A model generated the notes under the pieces. That model saw only the letters and a program-made list of their open reading frames with translations. It had not been told where the DNA came from and made no database searches. This document shows positions 29,729 to 39,402 of a stretch of 64,000 nucleotides of DNA, piece by piece (position 1 is the stretch's first letter; each line of letters starts with the position of its first letter). Both the position numbers and the translations under genes were made by a program. Source of the DNA: Candidatus Aerophobetes bacterium Ae_b3b (lineage in GTDB: Bacteria; Aerophobota; Aerophobia; Aerophobales; AE-B3A); the NCBI GenBank assembly GCA_005223085.1, contig NJBP01000002.1, positions 2,427 to 66,426 of the forward strand. The letters are read 5' to 3'.

Positions 29729-30463
29729 TTACCCGTTCTCTATCTCTCTGCTTAAGATTATGGCTTCGGCTACCTCACGCATGGATTTACGGGTATTCAT
29801 GCTCTGCCTCTGGATCCTTCGGTATGCTTCCTCTCCAGAAAGCCCTAGCCTTTGCATCAAAATATCCTTGGCCCGTTCTACCAGCTTACGGGCTTCAAGC
29901 TCTTCTTGAATCACCCTTGTCTTTACCATCAGTTCTGTATTCTCGATGGCAATGGCAGCCTCATTGGCAACAGTGGTGAGAACATCCACCTCCACTTTAG
30001 AGAATTTATGGAGACGCGAAGTATAGCAGTTGATTACTCCAATAGTCCGGCCCTTAACGCTCAAGGGAACACATAGAAGTGATTTTAGACCCTCTTTTTC
30101 AGCTATGTCCTTATACTTATACTCTGCCCTCTTCATAACATCAAATACAGCAATGGGCCTACTCTCTTTTATCACCTTACCAGCAATACCCTCTCCCACC
30201 TTCAAGGGAGGCTTCTTGTTGTACTCTTCACTGATACTCTGAGTAGCCCTGATAATTAACTTTTCGTCTTTCTCATCTAACAACATTAAAGAGCAGATTT
30301 TAGAATTCATTACCTGAGCTGTCACGGTAACAATTAGCCTTAAGATATCCTCAAGGTAAAGATCAGAGGATATGGCTTTGCTTATTTTGGAAAGAGCCTC
30401 TATCTTTTCCACATAAGAAGGAACTTCTTTATTTCCCGTAGGGGAATTTTTGGATTGTCGCAT
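29729..30463 (-). CDS. GAF-ANTAR RNA-binding antitermination regulator
   Basis: GAF-like N-terminal domain and C-terminal ANTAR block (LEARKLVERAKDILMQRLGLSGEEAYRRIQRQSMNTRKSMREVAEAII). Confidence 0.8.
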   Translation of the reverse strand: MRQSKNSPTGNKEVPSYVEKIEALSKISKAISSDLYLEDILRLIVTVTAQVMNSKICSLMLLDEKDEKLIIRATQSISEEYNKKPPLKVGEGIAGKVIKESRPIAVFDVMKRAEYKYKDIAEKEGLKSLLCVPLSVKGRTIGVINCYTSRLHKFSKVEVDVLTTVANEAAIAIENTELMVKTRVIQEELEARKLVERAKDILMQRLGLSGEEAYRRIQRQSMNTRKSMREVAEAIILSREIENG

Positions 30464-30540
30464 TTTACTTTCTTATAATATTCAACCGCAGAGCACGCCG
30501 AGAACGCTAAGAGTAAGACAGTTGCGGTGAACAGTTACAG

Positions 30541-31263
30541 TTAATCCAGTTTAAATACGGGAACCGGGGACCTTTTATGTTCGGATTTTTTCTTTAACTC
30601 CTTTACCCTGGCTACCATCCGGGGAGGAAGAGAATCGGTTTTACCCGATTCTATGGCCAAAATAATTCTATCTAGATCCGAGTAACTCAGGCCTATTTCT
30701 CCCTCATCGGTCTGTTCTTTCCACAACCCAGCACTTGGCTTTCTTTTTATTATCTCCTCGGGAATTCCCAAACTTACAGCCAGCTCCCTCACCTGGGTCT
30801 TCAAAAGATCTCCTAGAGGAAGGATATCACATCCTCCATCCCCATATTTGGTAAAGTAACCTATGAGGATTTCACTTTTATTTCCTGTCCCGGCCACTAA
30901 ATAATTCAAATCATTGGCAAAATAATATAGAGTGGTCATTCGCAGTCTCGGTTTCAAATTGGCCAAAGCTAGCTTCTCGGCGGAAGGGAGGATCTCGAGG
31001 AATCTGTCGTAAACAGGGTCAAGAACTATGTGTTCTGTCCTCATACTCAACTTTTTAGCCATCAAGCCAGCGTAGTGCTCATCCAAAGATTCGCTATAGC
31101 AGGGCATAATCAGCCCCAGCACTTTGTCTTTCATGGCCATCCTGGCCAAACAGGCAACTACCGAGGAATCTACCCCTCCACTCAGACCAACTACCACACC
31201 CTCAGCCCCTGCCTCCTGGACCTTTTCCCTAATCCAGTTAGATACCCGATCTTCTAGCCTCAT
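30541..31263 (-). CDS. nadE: NH3-dependent NAD+ synthetase
   Basis: PP-loop GLSGGVDSSVV and NadE-like length and sequence. Confidence 0.85.
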   Translation of the reverse strand: MRLEDRVSNWIREKVQEAGAEGVVVGLSGGVDSSVVACLARMAMKDKVLGLIMPCYSESLDEHYAGLMAKKLSMRTEHIVLDPVYDRFLEILPSAEKLALANLKPRLRMTTLYYFANDLNYLVAGTGNKSEILIGYFTKYGDGGCDILPLGDLLKTQVRELAVSLGIPEEIIKRKPSAGLWKEQTDEGEIGLSYSDLDRIILAIESGKTDSLPPRMVARVKELKKKSEHKRSPVPVFKLD

Positions 31264-31290
31264 TTTTATCCAGTGCTTAAACCATCAAAA

Positions 31291-31779
31291 TCACATATTC
31301 TCCTTTAATTTTTGATAGGTCTTGCGCAAAGACTCTGAGATTATCTTGGTATTTGAAATAACAGGCATAAAATTGGTGTCCCCTTTCCAACGGGGAACCA
31401 CGTGAAGATGTAAATGACCGACTATACCTGCCCCGGCTACACTTCCCAGATTCATCCCCACATTGAAACCCTCAGGGCGTAAAACCTTCTTAAGTAGAGT
31501 TATCATCCGGGAGAGAATCTCCATCATATCCCTTGCCTCATCACCCTCTAAATCCTCAACTGAGTCAATGTGCCGATATGGAGCTATCATGAGGTGACCA
31601 TTATTGTAAGGATAGGTATTAAGCATCACCAGGCACCTTTTTCCCCTGAGGAGAATGTAGTTATCCTCGTCCTTCTCTTGCTTGGGTTTTTCGCAAAATA
31701 TGCATTTACCCTCCTTCTCACCCAGGATATACTCAATTCGCCAGGGAGCCCATAGTCTCTTCATCTGATGACCCACCAA
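31291..31779 (-). CDS. HIT family hydrolase
   Basis: Histidine triad HLHLHVVPR and CIFC zinc motif. Confidence 0.85.
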   Translation of the reverse strand: MVGHQMKRLWAPWRIEYILGEKEGKCIFCEKPKQEKDEDNYILLRGKRCLVMLNTYPYNNGHLMIAPYRHIDSVEDLEGDEARDMMEILSRMITLLKKVLRPEGFNVGMNLGSVAGAGIVGHLHLHVVPRWKGDTNFMPVISNTKIISESLRKTYQKLKENM

Positions 31780-31976
31780 TTGCTTATTTTATGGCTAACC
31801 TAGTATAATTATTGAGTTTTGTCAACCTTGACATCTAAAATATCCCCTATAAAATAGAAAATAAATTGTGGGTTTTCTTTTGTGCATAACCCACAAGATG
31901 AGCCTGGAGCGTGAGTTTGGGTGAACAAGGGAAGTGCCTTGATAAGATCTTTTTCTTAATCCTGAAGGGTTTTTAG

Positions 31977-31996
31977 TTATCCACACCTGTGGATAA
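31977..31996. promoter_or_regulatory. pair of perfect inverted DnaA boxes (TTATCCACA cc TGTGGATAA) immediately upstream of dnaA
   Basis: Exact consensus 9-mers head-to-head, 21 nt before the dnaA start. A weaker ATAACCCACA sits near 31888. Confidence 0.8.
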
Positions 31997-32017
31997 CTCT
32001 GTGATTAACTTCTGACG

Positions 32018-33361
32018 GTGAAAAGAGTTTTTTTGATGACCGATCGAGAGAAAAGCGTCTGGGAAGAGCTTCTATCCAAGCTAGAGAAAAAACTCAAGCC
32101 ACAGAACTTTAAGACCTGGTTTAAACCCACCCAATTATATTCAGTTACCTCAGAAAAGCTGACCATTATGGTTCCCAATGATTTCTTTAAAAAATGGCTA
32201 GATAGGTACTATATGGGAATGATAAGAAGAGAGATTGCCAAGATTAGTGGGCATGAAATGGAGGTAGATTTTATTCTTCCTCCAAAGTACAACAATATCA
32301 AAAAGAGAAAAAATGTTGGCTTTAAGAAAAAACGTTCTGTTTCCCGGTTAAACCCTAGATTTCACTTCAATAGCTTTGTGGTAGGAAATAATAACCGATT
32401 AGCCCATGCGGCGGCTCTGGCAGTAGCTCAATCTCCTGCGCGTGCTTACAACCCTTTGTTTATCTATGGGAAGGTAGGGTTGGGAAAGACTCACCTCTTG
32501 CAAGCTATCGGTCACTATATTACGGAAAACAGTGAATTAACCTTTACCTATCTATCTTCTGAACAATTTACCAATGAATTAATAAATGCCATTAGGGATG
32601 ATAAAACAACTGCTTTTAGAAGAAGGTACAGAAATACCGATGTTCTGCTGGTGGATGATATTCACTTCCTGGCCGGGAAAGAGAGAACTCAGGAGGAGTT
32701 TTTTCATACTTTTAATGCCTTACATGAAGCCCACAAACAGATAGTTCTTTCAAGTGATAGACCCCCTATAGAGATTCCTACCTTAGAGAAAAGGCTTCAA
32801 TCACGTTTTGAATGGGGCCTTATTGCTGATATTCAGTCTCCAGACCTAGAAACGAGGATTGCTATTTTAAAAAAGAAAGCAGAAATCGAAAATATGGAGC
32901 TTCCTGATGAAGTGGCTACGTTTATTGCTGAGAGAATAAAAACTAATATTCGTAAGCTAGAGGGCTGTCTGGTAAGAATAACTGCTCATTCCTCTCTATT
33001 CAAAGAAAAAATAGACATGAATTCAGTTAAGGAAATCTTAAAAGGCATTCTTCCTGAAGAAAAACCCAGACCGATTACGGTAGAGTTGGTCCAAAAAACA
33101 GTTAGTAAATACTATAAGATTAAAGAATCAACAATTAAAGGGAAAAAGAGAAGTAGATCTATTGCTTTTCCCAGACAAATAGCTATGTACCTGTGCCGGG
33201 AGCTCACCGAGGATTCTTTTCCAGAAATTGGAGCAAAATTTGGCGGCAAAGATCACACAACGGTCATGTACGCCTACAGAAAGATAGTCGAACAGGCTAA
33301 GAAAGATGAGGTTTTAAGTAATGAACTAAAAGAACTAGAGAACATACTAAAAACCTCTTAA
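32018..33361 (+). CDS. dnaA: chromosomal replication initiator protein DnaA
   Basis: AAA+ Walker A GKVGLGKTHLL, DnaA box-binding C-terminus (AMYLCRELT, KFGGKDHTTV). Confidence 0.95.
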   Translation: MKRVFLMTDREKSVWEELLSKLEKKLKPQNFKTWFKPTQLYSVTSEKLTIMVPNDFFKKWLDRYYMGMIRREIAKISGHEMEVDFILPPKYNNIKKRKNVGFKKKRSVSRLNPRFHFNSFVVGNNNRLAHAAALAVAQSPARAYNPLFIYGKVGLGKTHLLQAIGHYITENSELTFTYLSSEQFTNELINAIRDDKTTAFRRRYRNTDVLLVDDIHFLAGKERTQEEFFHTFNALHEAHKQIVLSSDRPPIEIPTLEKRLQSRFEWGLIADIQSPDLETRIAILKKKAEIENMELPDEVATFIAERIKTNIRKLEGCLVRITAHSSLFKEKIDMNSVKEILKGILPEEKPRPITVELVQKTVSKYYKIKESTIKGKKRSRSIAFPRQIAMYLCRELTEDSFPEIGAKFGGKDHTTVMYAYRKIVEQAKKDEVLSNELKELENILKTS

Positions 33362-33444
33362 TATTCTGGGTAATATTTGGGAATAAAAGTTAATAAGAAC
33401 TTAAAAAGTTCCTTGATTGTGAATAAGATAGAAAAGTTTAGTTA

Positions 33445-33600
33445 TTATCCTCATACTTATCTTCTTATCCTGAATAGGTGGAAGCGTAGCTTTCGCATTT
33501 ATCCCCATAACTCACAAGTACTACTACTACTACTATTTGTTTATAAAATAATAGTATAAATAAGTAAGTCTTAATTAAAGGATATCTGGAGTGAGAGAAA
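33445..33600. promoter_or_regulatory. oriC-like region: three direct DnaA-box variants, (TAC)5 microsatellite and AT-rich unwinding stretch
   Basis: TTATCCTCA (33445-33453), TTATCCTGA (33465-33473) and TTATCCCCA (33499-33507), all in one orientation. Then TACTACTACTACTAC (33519-33533) and a >70% AT tract up to the trx RBS. Confidence 0.6.
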
Positions 33601-33622
33601 TAATACTTTTTAGGAGAATGAA

Positions 33623-33949
33623 ATGAGTCAGGTTAAAGAACTCAAGGAAGAAGATTTTCAAGAAAAAGTACTGGAAGCCGATAAACCCGTAGTAATAGAT
33701 TTCTGGGCTAAGTGGTGTAATCCCTGTTTAAAAATGGAACCCATAATTGAAGGGCTAAGTGAGGAATTCAAAGGTAAGGTCGAGATCTACAAATTAAATG
33801 TAGACGAAAATACCTCTAAAGCAGCTGAATATGGAGTACGTGGTATTCCTGCTTACTTTTTTTTCAAAAATGGAGAAGTAGTTGATCGAGTAGTCGGAAT
33901 AACATCAAAAAAGGAACTTACGCGACGCTTAATAAAGTTAATAAGATAA
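33623..33949 (+). CDS. trx: thioredoxin (active site WCNPC)
   Basis: FWAKWCNPCLKMEPIIEGL and thioredoxin fold length. Gly of the CGPC motif is replaced by Asn. Confidence 0.85.
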   Translation: MSQVKELKEEDFQEKVLEADKPVVIDFWAKWCNPCLKMEPIIEGLSEEFKGKVEIYKLNVDENTSKAAEYGVRGIPAYFFFKNGEVVDRVVGITSKKELTRRLIKLIR

Positions 33950-33955
33950 TGATTC

Positions 33956-35803
33956 ATGAAAAATAGGAAAATAAGGGTAATTTTCCGACCAGAAAAAAAG
34001 GAGATTCTCACCTCTATTAAAAGTTCTCTTAAGGAAGTGATAAAAAGAGCAGGAATTAAGATAAATTTTCCTTGCGGCGGAAAAGGTATATGTGGAAAGT
34101 GTAAAGTTAAAGTCAAAGGGAAACTTTCTCCCTTAACTTCGGCTGAAAAAAAACATCTCCAGCCAGTAGAGAAAGATGTTCGCCTGGCTTGCCAGGCAGT
34201 TGTTGAAGGCAACATCGAGGTTGAGGTTTACCCTCTTTCCTTAATTTCCTTTCCCAAAATTTTAACTAATAGAATAAACAGGGAAATAAAAATCAAGCCT
34301 TTAATTAAGAAAACATACCTTTCTCTTCCTCCTCCCAGCCTTAAAGATCAAATTGCTGATCTATCCCGCCTGGAAAAATATCTAAAGGAAAGAGGAATTA
34401 GGTATCCTTTTGCTGATCTTGATTTAGTTAAAAAGCTCCCGAGGGTTATGCGGGAGGCAGATTTCAAGCTTACGGCCGTATTAAAGAAGCAAAGATTATT
34501 GACAGTGGAAAAAGGGGACACCAGAGGAAAAAATTTCGGAGTGGCTTTCGATGTAGGAACTACGACAGTGGTGGGGACACTAATAGACCTGGACACAGGA
34601 GAAGAGCTAGCTACACGCGCTCTCTTAAACCCACAGGCCTCGTTCGGAGAAGATGTGGTAAGCCGAATAGATTTTCTTCAATCACACCTGGAGGGGCTCA
34701 AGATTCTGCAGAAAAGGATAATCGGGGCAATAAACCGGATAATCCAGATGTTGAGCCGAGTAGGTGAAGTAAAAAGAGAAAACATTTATTTAGCTACCTT
34801 TGTAGGAAATACAGTCATGCAGCATCTTCTTTTGGGAGTGAATCCTACAAATTTAGCTCTTTATCCTTATGTCCCTGTGCTCAAGAGATCTATGGAGTTA
34901 AAAGCTAGTGATTTAGGGATTAGAATAAATCCCCAGGGGAGCTTATATTTTTTTCCTAATATCGCTGCTTTTGTAGGAGGAGATACAGTTGCAGTCATTC
35001 TGGCCACCTCCTTATTCGATGATAATAGTCAGAAGGTAAGATTAGCCATAGACATTGGGACAAACGGTGAGATTGTCCTGGCCAAAGGAAAAAAGTTGGT
35101 TTGCGCCTCTACGGCTGCTGGACCGGCCTTTGAAGGAGCGAGGATCTCCCAGGGAATGAGAGCAGAAAGAGGGGCTATAGAGAAGGTAAAACTTGAAGAA
35201 GGGAAGGTAGAGATAGGGGTGATAGGAGGGGGTAGGGCCAGGGGAATTTGTGGCAGTGGATTGATAGATGCCTCCAGCCAGCTTCTAAAGGAAGAGATCA
35301 TTGACAGCTCGGGATGGCTCAAGCCTTCTTCCAAAGCAAAAGAAAAATGGTCGAGTAGGATAACAAAGAAAAATAACCACAATGGTTTTCTTTTGGTGGA
35401 AAGAGAAAAAGCTCAAGATAGAATTCCTATTGTCCTCACCCAGAAAGATATAAGGGAGCTTCAATTGGCCAAGGGAGCTATTTGCTCGGGGATAAAAATT
35501 CTCCTCACTCGTCTTGAAGTAGAAAAAGGCGAAGTAGATGAGGTTCTTCTGGCTGGAGCATTTGGAAGCTACATTAACCCTGAAAGTGCTCATCTAATTG
35601 GTCTAATTCCCAATTTTCCTAAAGCTAAAGTGAGGAGTGTGGGTAATGCGGCAAGTCTGGGTGCAATTATGGCTCTTGTTTCAGAAGAGGACTGTAAGCA
35701 AGCAGAGAAAATTTCTGAAGGGGTAGATTATGTTGAGCTGGCCTCTTTCCCCGAGTTTCCGGATATCCTCACCCAGGCCATGAGATTTGGGAAGCAGGAT
35801 TGA
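33956..35803 (+). CDS. 2Fe-2S ferredoxin-domain / ASKHA-fold ATPase protein (RACo-like, DUF4445-type)
   Basis: N-terminal Cys cluster (FPCGGKGICGKCKV) followed by sugar-kinase/Hsp70/actin-like motifs (FDVGTTTVVGT, AIDIGTNGEIVLA). Confidence 0.5.
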   Translation: MKNRKIRVIFRPEKKEILTSIKSSLKEVIKRAGIKINFPCGGKGICGKCKVKVKGKLSPLTSAEKKHLQPVEKDVRLACQAVVEGNIEVEVYPLSLISFPKILTNRINREIKIKPLIKKTYLSLPPPSLKDQIADLSRLEKYLKERGIRYPFADLDLVKKLPRVMREADFKLTAVLKKQRLLTVEKGDTRGKNFGVAFDVGTTTVVGTLIDLDTGEELATRALLNPQASFGEDVVSRIDFLQSHLEGLKILQKRIIGAINRIIQMLSRVGEVKRENIYLATFVGNTVMQHLLLGVNPTNLALYPYVPVLKRSMELKASDLGIRINPQGSLYFFPNIAAFVGGDTVAVILATSLFDDNSQKVRLAIDIGTNGEIVLAKGKKLVCASTAAGPAFEGARISQGMRAERGAIEKVKLEEGKVEIGVIGGGRARGICGSGLIDASSQLLKEEIIDSSGWLKPSSKAKEKWSSRITKKNNHNGFLLVEREKAQDRIPIVLTQKDIRELQLAKGAICSGIKILLTRLEVEKGEVDEVLLAGAFGSYINPESAHLIGLIPNFPKAKVRSVGNAASLGAIMALVSEEDCKQAEKISEGVDYVELASFPEFPDILTQAMRFGKQD

Positions 35804-35867
35804 AAAAAAGGGACGTGATTATTTTTTCTTTTATCAGGGAATTGCTGGATAGCTGAACGCTTACAGC

Positions 35868-36112
35868 TATTTTTCGGTGGAGGGGGGAGTTTCTTTCTCC
35901 TGGGACTCTTCCTCAAGACTCTCCGGCTTTAGTTTACCCTCCGCAATCTCCTTTAAAACCAAGATAGGCAGTTTCTCGTGAGTGTCCTCTAGGGCCCTTT
36001 TATCTTTCTCTTTAACAAGTTGTCTGATTCTTCGAATGGCCAAACGGGTAAGCTCGTATTTATCTTCTATCCCACTTTTACGTAATAAATCATCAGTAGA
36101 GAATTTAATCAG
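35868..36112 (-). CDS. rpoZ: DNA-directed RNA polymerase subunit omega, apparent non-AUG (CTG/ATT) start
   Basis: Manual translation: (L)IKFSTDDLLRKSGIEDKYELTRLAIRRIRQLVKEKDKRALEDTHEKLPILVLKEIAEGKLKPESLEEESQEKETPPSTEK*. Typical omega core, directly downstream of gmk, RBS AAAAGGAG. No ATG/GTG/TTG in frame after the upstream TAA, hence absent from the ORF track. Confidence 0.65.
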
Positions 36113-36135
36113 TTTAAGCTCCTTTTAGCTTGATA

Positions 36136-36765
36136 TCAGTGGTCAAAATCTCTCAATTCTCGCACGGGTACTCTATTCATGCGACAGCGTTCCGCTCTGA
36201 TTATGGCGGTCAAGTCATCCAAAGCTCTATTTATATCGTTGTTTATTATTAAATAATCATAATAAGGCGCATACTCAATCTCTTTTTTTGCCTGTGTTAT
36301 CCTTTCCTTAACCCTCTCGTAATCCTCGGTACGCCGGCTTTTTAACCGTTTTTCTAACTCCTGCCAAGAGGGAGGAAGGAGAAAGATTAGCACCGCCTGA
36401 GGATAGTTTTTCTTGATTTGGGTTCCGCCCTTGACATCAACCTCCAGCACCACATCTTTTTCCGCTTCTATGGCTTTATTTAAAAGATTAGCTGAGGTTC
36501 CGTAAAGTTGCTCATGCACCTTTGCCCATTCCACGAATTTTCGGTCCTCTATCATTTTTTGGAATTCTGTGGGTGAGACAAAGCAATAGTCTACCCCTTC
36601 TATCTCATTCTTACGAGGATGCCGAGTAGTGAAAGATACCGAACAAGTAAATGAGGGTGAGTTTTGGAGAAGTCTTTTGCAGAGGGTAGTTTTGCCCGCT
36701 CCTGAAGGAGCAGAAATAACCACGATTAAACTCTTCTTTTTAAACAAATTTCTCCTTTTATTCAT
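36136..36765 (-). CDS. gmk: guanylate kinase
   Basis: P-loop SAPSGAGKTTL and Gmk family sequence. Confidence 0.9.
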   Translation of the reverse strand: MNKRRNLFKKKSLIVVISAPSGAGKTTLCKRLLQNSPSFTCSVSFTTRHPRKNEIEGVDYCFVSPTEFQKMIEDRKFVEWAKVHEQLYGTSANLLNKAIEAEKDVVLEVDVKGGTQIKKNYPQAVLIFLLPPSWQELEKRLKSRRTEDYERVKERITQAKKEIEYAPYYDYLIINNDINRALDDLTAIIRAERCRMNRVPVRELRDFDH

Positions 36766-36860
36766 AGAAAATGATTTTTCAGGATTTAGAGTTAAGCACC
36801 AGAAACCTAACTAGATTAGCTAAGTTCTAAATTCTCTTTTACTCATAAGTGGTTGGTTAG

Positions 36861-37736
36861 TCATTCGATGTTCTGAACTTCCTCTCTGATTCTTTCTAGA
36901 TCCTCTTTAATTTGGACAACAAGGCGAGAGATAATAAAAGAATTAGCTTTTGCTCCCATGGTGTTAATTTCTCTATGGAGTTCCTGTAGTATAAATCTTA
37001 TTTTTTTCCCCACCGACTCTTTCTGCTGCAAAGTGGTTTGCAACTCGCGTAAATGAGATTGAAATCTTAGCTTTTCCTCGCTGATGTCACCGCGTGAGAT
37101 AAGGAAGGATAGCTCGCGGGCGACCTTTTCCCTATCTTCTCCTAATGCCAAAAGGTTCTTCAGGCTTTCCTTTACCTTCTCTTGATAGAGGTTTTGAGCC
37201 GTGGGGATCTCTTCTTCCAGGTCGGAAAGTCTTTTTTGGATTCTCTTCAGGTACCGAAGAATACTTTGAAGATGTTCTTTTCCCTCCTTTCCCCTCATCT
37301 TGAGAACGTTCTTTAAGGCCTTGGTTAAGGCTTTCTCCAACGTGGTCTCTAAACTCTTCTTGATCTGTGGTTTTCTAGGGGGTGAGATTACACCTCGAAG
37401 TGCTAAAAGATGAGAGAGGGTCACTCTGTCATCTAGCCCTAGGTTCTGGCAAAGCCCAGAAAGGGCATTTTTGTAGGAGGTGACAAGCTCCCGATTTATC
37501 ACTACTTCAGAGAGGAAGGGGGGTTTCCATTTAGCCTCAACATTAAGACTTACTTTTCCCCGCTTAATTTTTTCTCTAACCAAATGCCTAATTTTTTTCT
37601 CCCAGGCAAAAGGAATCGGTTCAGAAGATTTAACTTCTATTTCTAGGAACCGGTGGTTAACTGTGCTCATCTCCACATGGAGATCTACTTCCTTGTTGCT
37701 CTCTCTTCCTTCCCCATACCCGGTCATACTGTACAA
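36861..37736 (-). CDS. yicC: YicC family stress-induced protein
   Basis: MYSMTGYGEG N-terminus and conserved yicC-gmk-rpoZ synteny. Confidence 0.8.
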   Translation of the reverse strand: MYSMTGYGEGRESNKEVDLHVEMSTVNHRFLEIEVKSSEPIPFAWEKKIRHLVREKIKRGKVSLNVEAKWKPPFLSEVVINRELVTSYKNALSGLCQNLGLDDRVTLSHLLALRGVISPPRKPQIKKSLETTLEKALTKALKNVLKMRGKEGKEHLQSILRYLKRIQKRLSDLEEEIPTAQNLYQEKVKESLKNLLALGEDREKVARELSFLISRGDISEEKLRFQSHLRELQTTLQQKESVGKKIRFILQELHREINTMGAKANSFIISRLVVQIKEDLERIREEVQNIE

Positions 37737-37792
37737 TTAAAACGCTCCCCCCCCCGACTAATCATTATTATACCTTGCCCCTCTCCCCTGTC

Positions 37793-37996
37793 AAGAGAAT
37801 CTCGGGACTCTTCCCCTTCGTCGCTGTATATCGACTTTGGATTGTTTCTGCTCGTCTTCTCGTTTCGGGAAAGACGTGAAACTCGTCGCTCCGCTCCTCA
37901 GACATCACGTCTTTCTTCTTCCTCAACTCGAAGACTCGTTAAGGTGGCTGATATAAGGCTCCTTTGGGGAAAGTCCCTCGATACGCGTATAAATCT
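37793..37996. repeat. MITE-like repeat, family A, copy 1 (~205 bp, imperfect TIRs GGGACTCTTCCCC / GGGGAAAGTCCC)
   Basis: Near-identical to 49453-49814 apart from two indels. Intergenic between yicC and folK. Confidence 0.75.
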
Positions 37997-38091
37997 TCTG
38001 AACAGCTTCCCGCAAAAGTTTAAAAGCCCCCTGGCCGATAGATAACCATATAAACTGGGATCCTTGATAAATCTTTCTGATCCTTCTAGTC

Positions 38092-38589
38092 TTAATGACC
38101 TGCATACCCATTCTCCAGGATTTTGTCCACCTGGTGTGAGTCCTTAAGTCCTTTCAGAATCTCCTTCAAGGATTTTCCCAGCACCGGATGAACAAGGTGG
38201 GAATTGATTTCTACCAGCGGTATAAGGGCAAACCTTCTTTTATGTAGATGAGGGTGGGGAACTATGAGGTCGACCTTGTCAACTACTGCATCCTCGTAGA
38301 GCAAAAGATCGAGGTCTATCACCCGGGGGTTCTTCTTTTTTTCTCTGATTCTTCCCATCCTTTTCTCAATTTGGAGTAAGGTATCGAGCAGTTTTTCCGG
38401 GGACTGTTCTGTTTTCCCTTCCAGAACGCAGTTTACAAACCATCTTCCTTCCATTCCCACTGGCTCGGTAAGGTAGAAAGAGGATATTTTCTCTACGGCT
38501 ATCTTCTCTTTGAGGTGATCCAGGGCGACTTTTATATTCTTAAGTCTATCGCCCTTATTTGAACCTAACCCGATATAGACGACTGGCAT
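38092..38589 (-). CDS. folK: 2-amino-4-hydroxy-6-hydroxymethyldihydropteridine pyrophosphokinase
   Basis: VYIGLGSNKGDR N-terminus and HPPK family sequence. Confidence 0.85.
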   Translation of the reverse strand: MPVVYIGLGSNKGDRLKNIKVALDHLKEKIAVEKISSFYLTEPVGMEGRWFVNCVLEGKTEQSPEKLLDTLLQIEKRMGRIREKKKNPRVIDLDLLLYEDAVVDKVDLIVPHPHLHKRRFALIPLVEINSHLVHPVLGKSLKEILKGLKDSHQVDKILENGYAGH

Positions 38590-38652
38590 TTATTTCCTGG
38601 CCTCAAAATATCTCCCACCAAACTTCTCATAATCCCCTGTAGTAAGATACCT

Positions 38653-38985
38653 TCAGCAATCCCCGGGAGAAAGACAGAAAGCGAATTTTATGGCTTGATT
38701 AACTTGACTTATCTTTTCGGCACTTAAAAGACAAACTCTTTCCCTTAGCAGTTCCTTGCGGATAGTAATTATGGTATCTAAGTTTGCAACACACCTTTTA
38801 GGAAGACCATCCTTAGGACCAAGACATACCTCAACAGGTATGTCTCTGATGGTGGTAGTTACCTCTGCCACCGTAACTGCATTTCTTATCGGGTAGGCCT
38901 CATCCCGGGAAAGAAGCACTACGGGACGTTTCCTAATAGGTGAAGGCAGTTCAGCCCACCAGATCTCTCCTCTTTTCATCACCAT
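38653..38985 (-). CDS. type II toxin MazF/PemK-family endoribonuclease
   Basis: RGEIWWAELP...KRPVVLLS PemK signature and ~110 aa length. Confidence 0.75.
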   Translation of the reverse strand: MVMKRGEIWWAELPSPIRKRPVVLLSRDEAYPIRNAVTVAEVTTTIRDIPVEVCLGPKDGLPKRCVANLDTIITIRKELLRERVCLLSAEKISQVNQAIKFAFCLSPGDC

Positions 38986-39233
38986 TCCTCTTTGGTAAGT
39001 GCTGTTAAAGAAGCCTTTTCCCAGGCTATCGATTCACCTATGGTCTCCGGCATTTTTTTATATCCTTCCTCGTATTTTCTGATAAGCTTTTTCATACTTT
39101 TGGACTCTTCCCATAGTTTAACCGCCTGTAAAACAGCTTTACTACGAGTTAATCTCTCCTGCTGCCTGAGCGCCTCCAGTTTGTTGAAATCCTCTTCAGG
39201 AATGCTTATAGCAAATTTCACTACCTTAGTCAT
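38979..39233 (-). CDS. putative RHH/CopG-type antitoxin
   Basis: 84 aa, 7-nt overlap with the MazF-like gene, N-terminal beta-strand/helix pattern (KVVKFAISIPEEDFNKLEAL). Confidence 0.55.
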   Translation of the reverse strand: MTKVVKFAISIPEEDFNKLEALRQQERLTRSKAVLQAVKLWEESKSMKKLIRKYEEGYKKMPETIGESIAWEKASLTALTKEEW

Positions 39234-39402
39234 GAGGCTCTCCTTTGGAAAATATTTTCATACTCTAGTATAACGACATTTTCCCATATGTCAATCCTAT
39301 GTACACGCCTAAGTCAAATGATGACGATGACCTAACCCAAATCACACATTTTACAGCCCACCCTTTATCTGTTAGAATAGAGGTAAATACTTAGTGAACC
39401 AC

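Noticed and set aside
33377-33559. 60-aa ORF inside the dnaA-trx intergenic region
   Set aside because: Lies over the DnaA-box and (TAC)5 origin module. Codon usage is non-genic.
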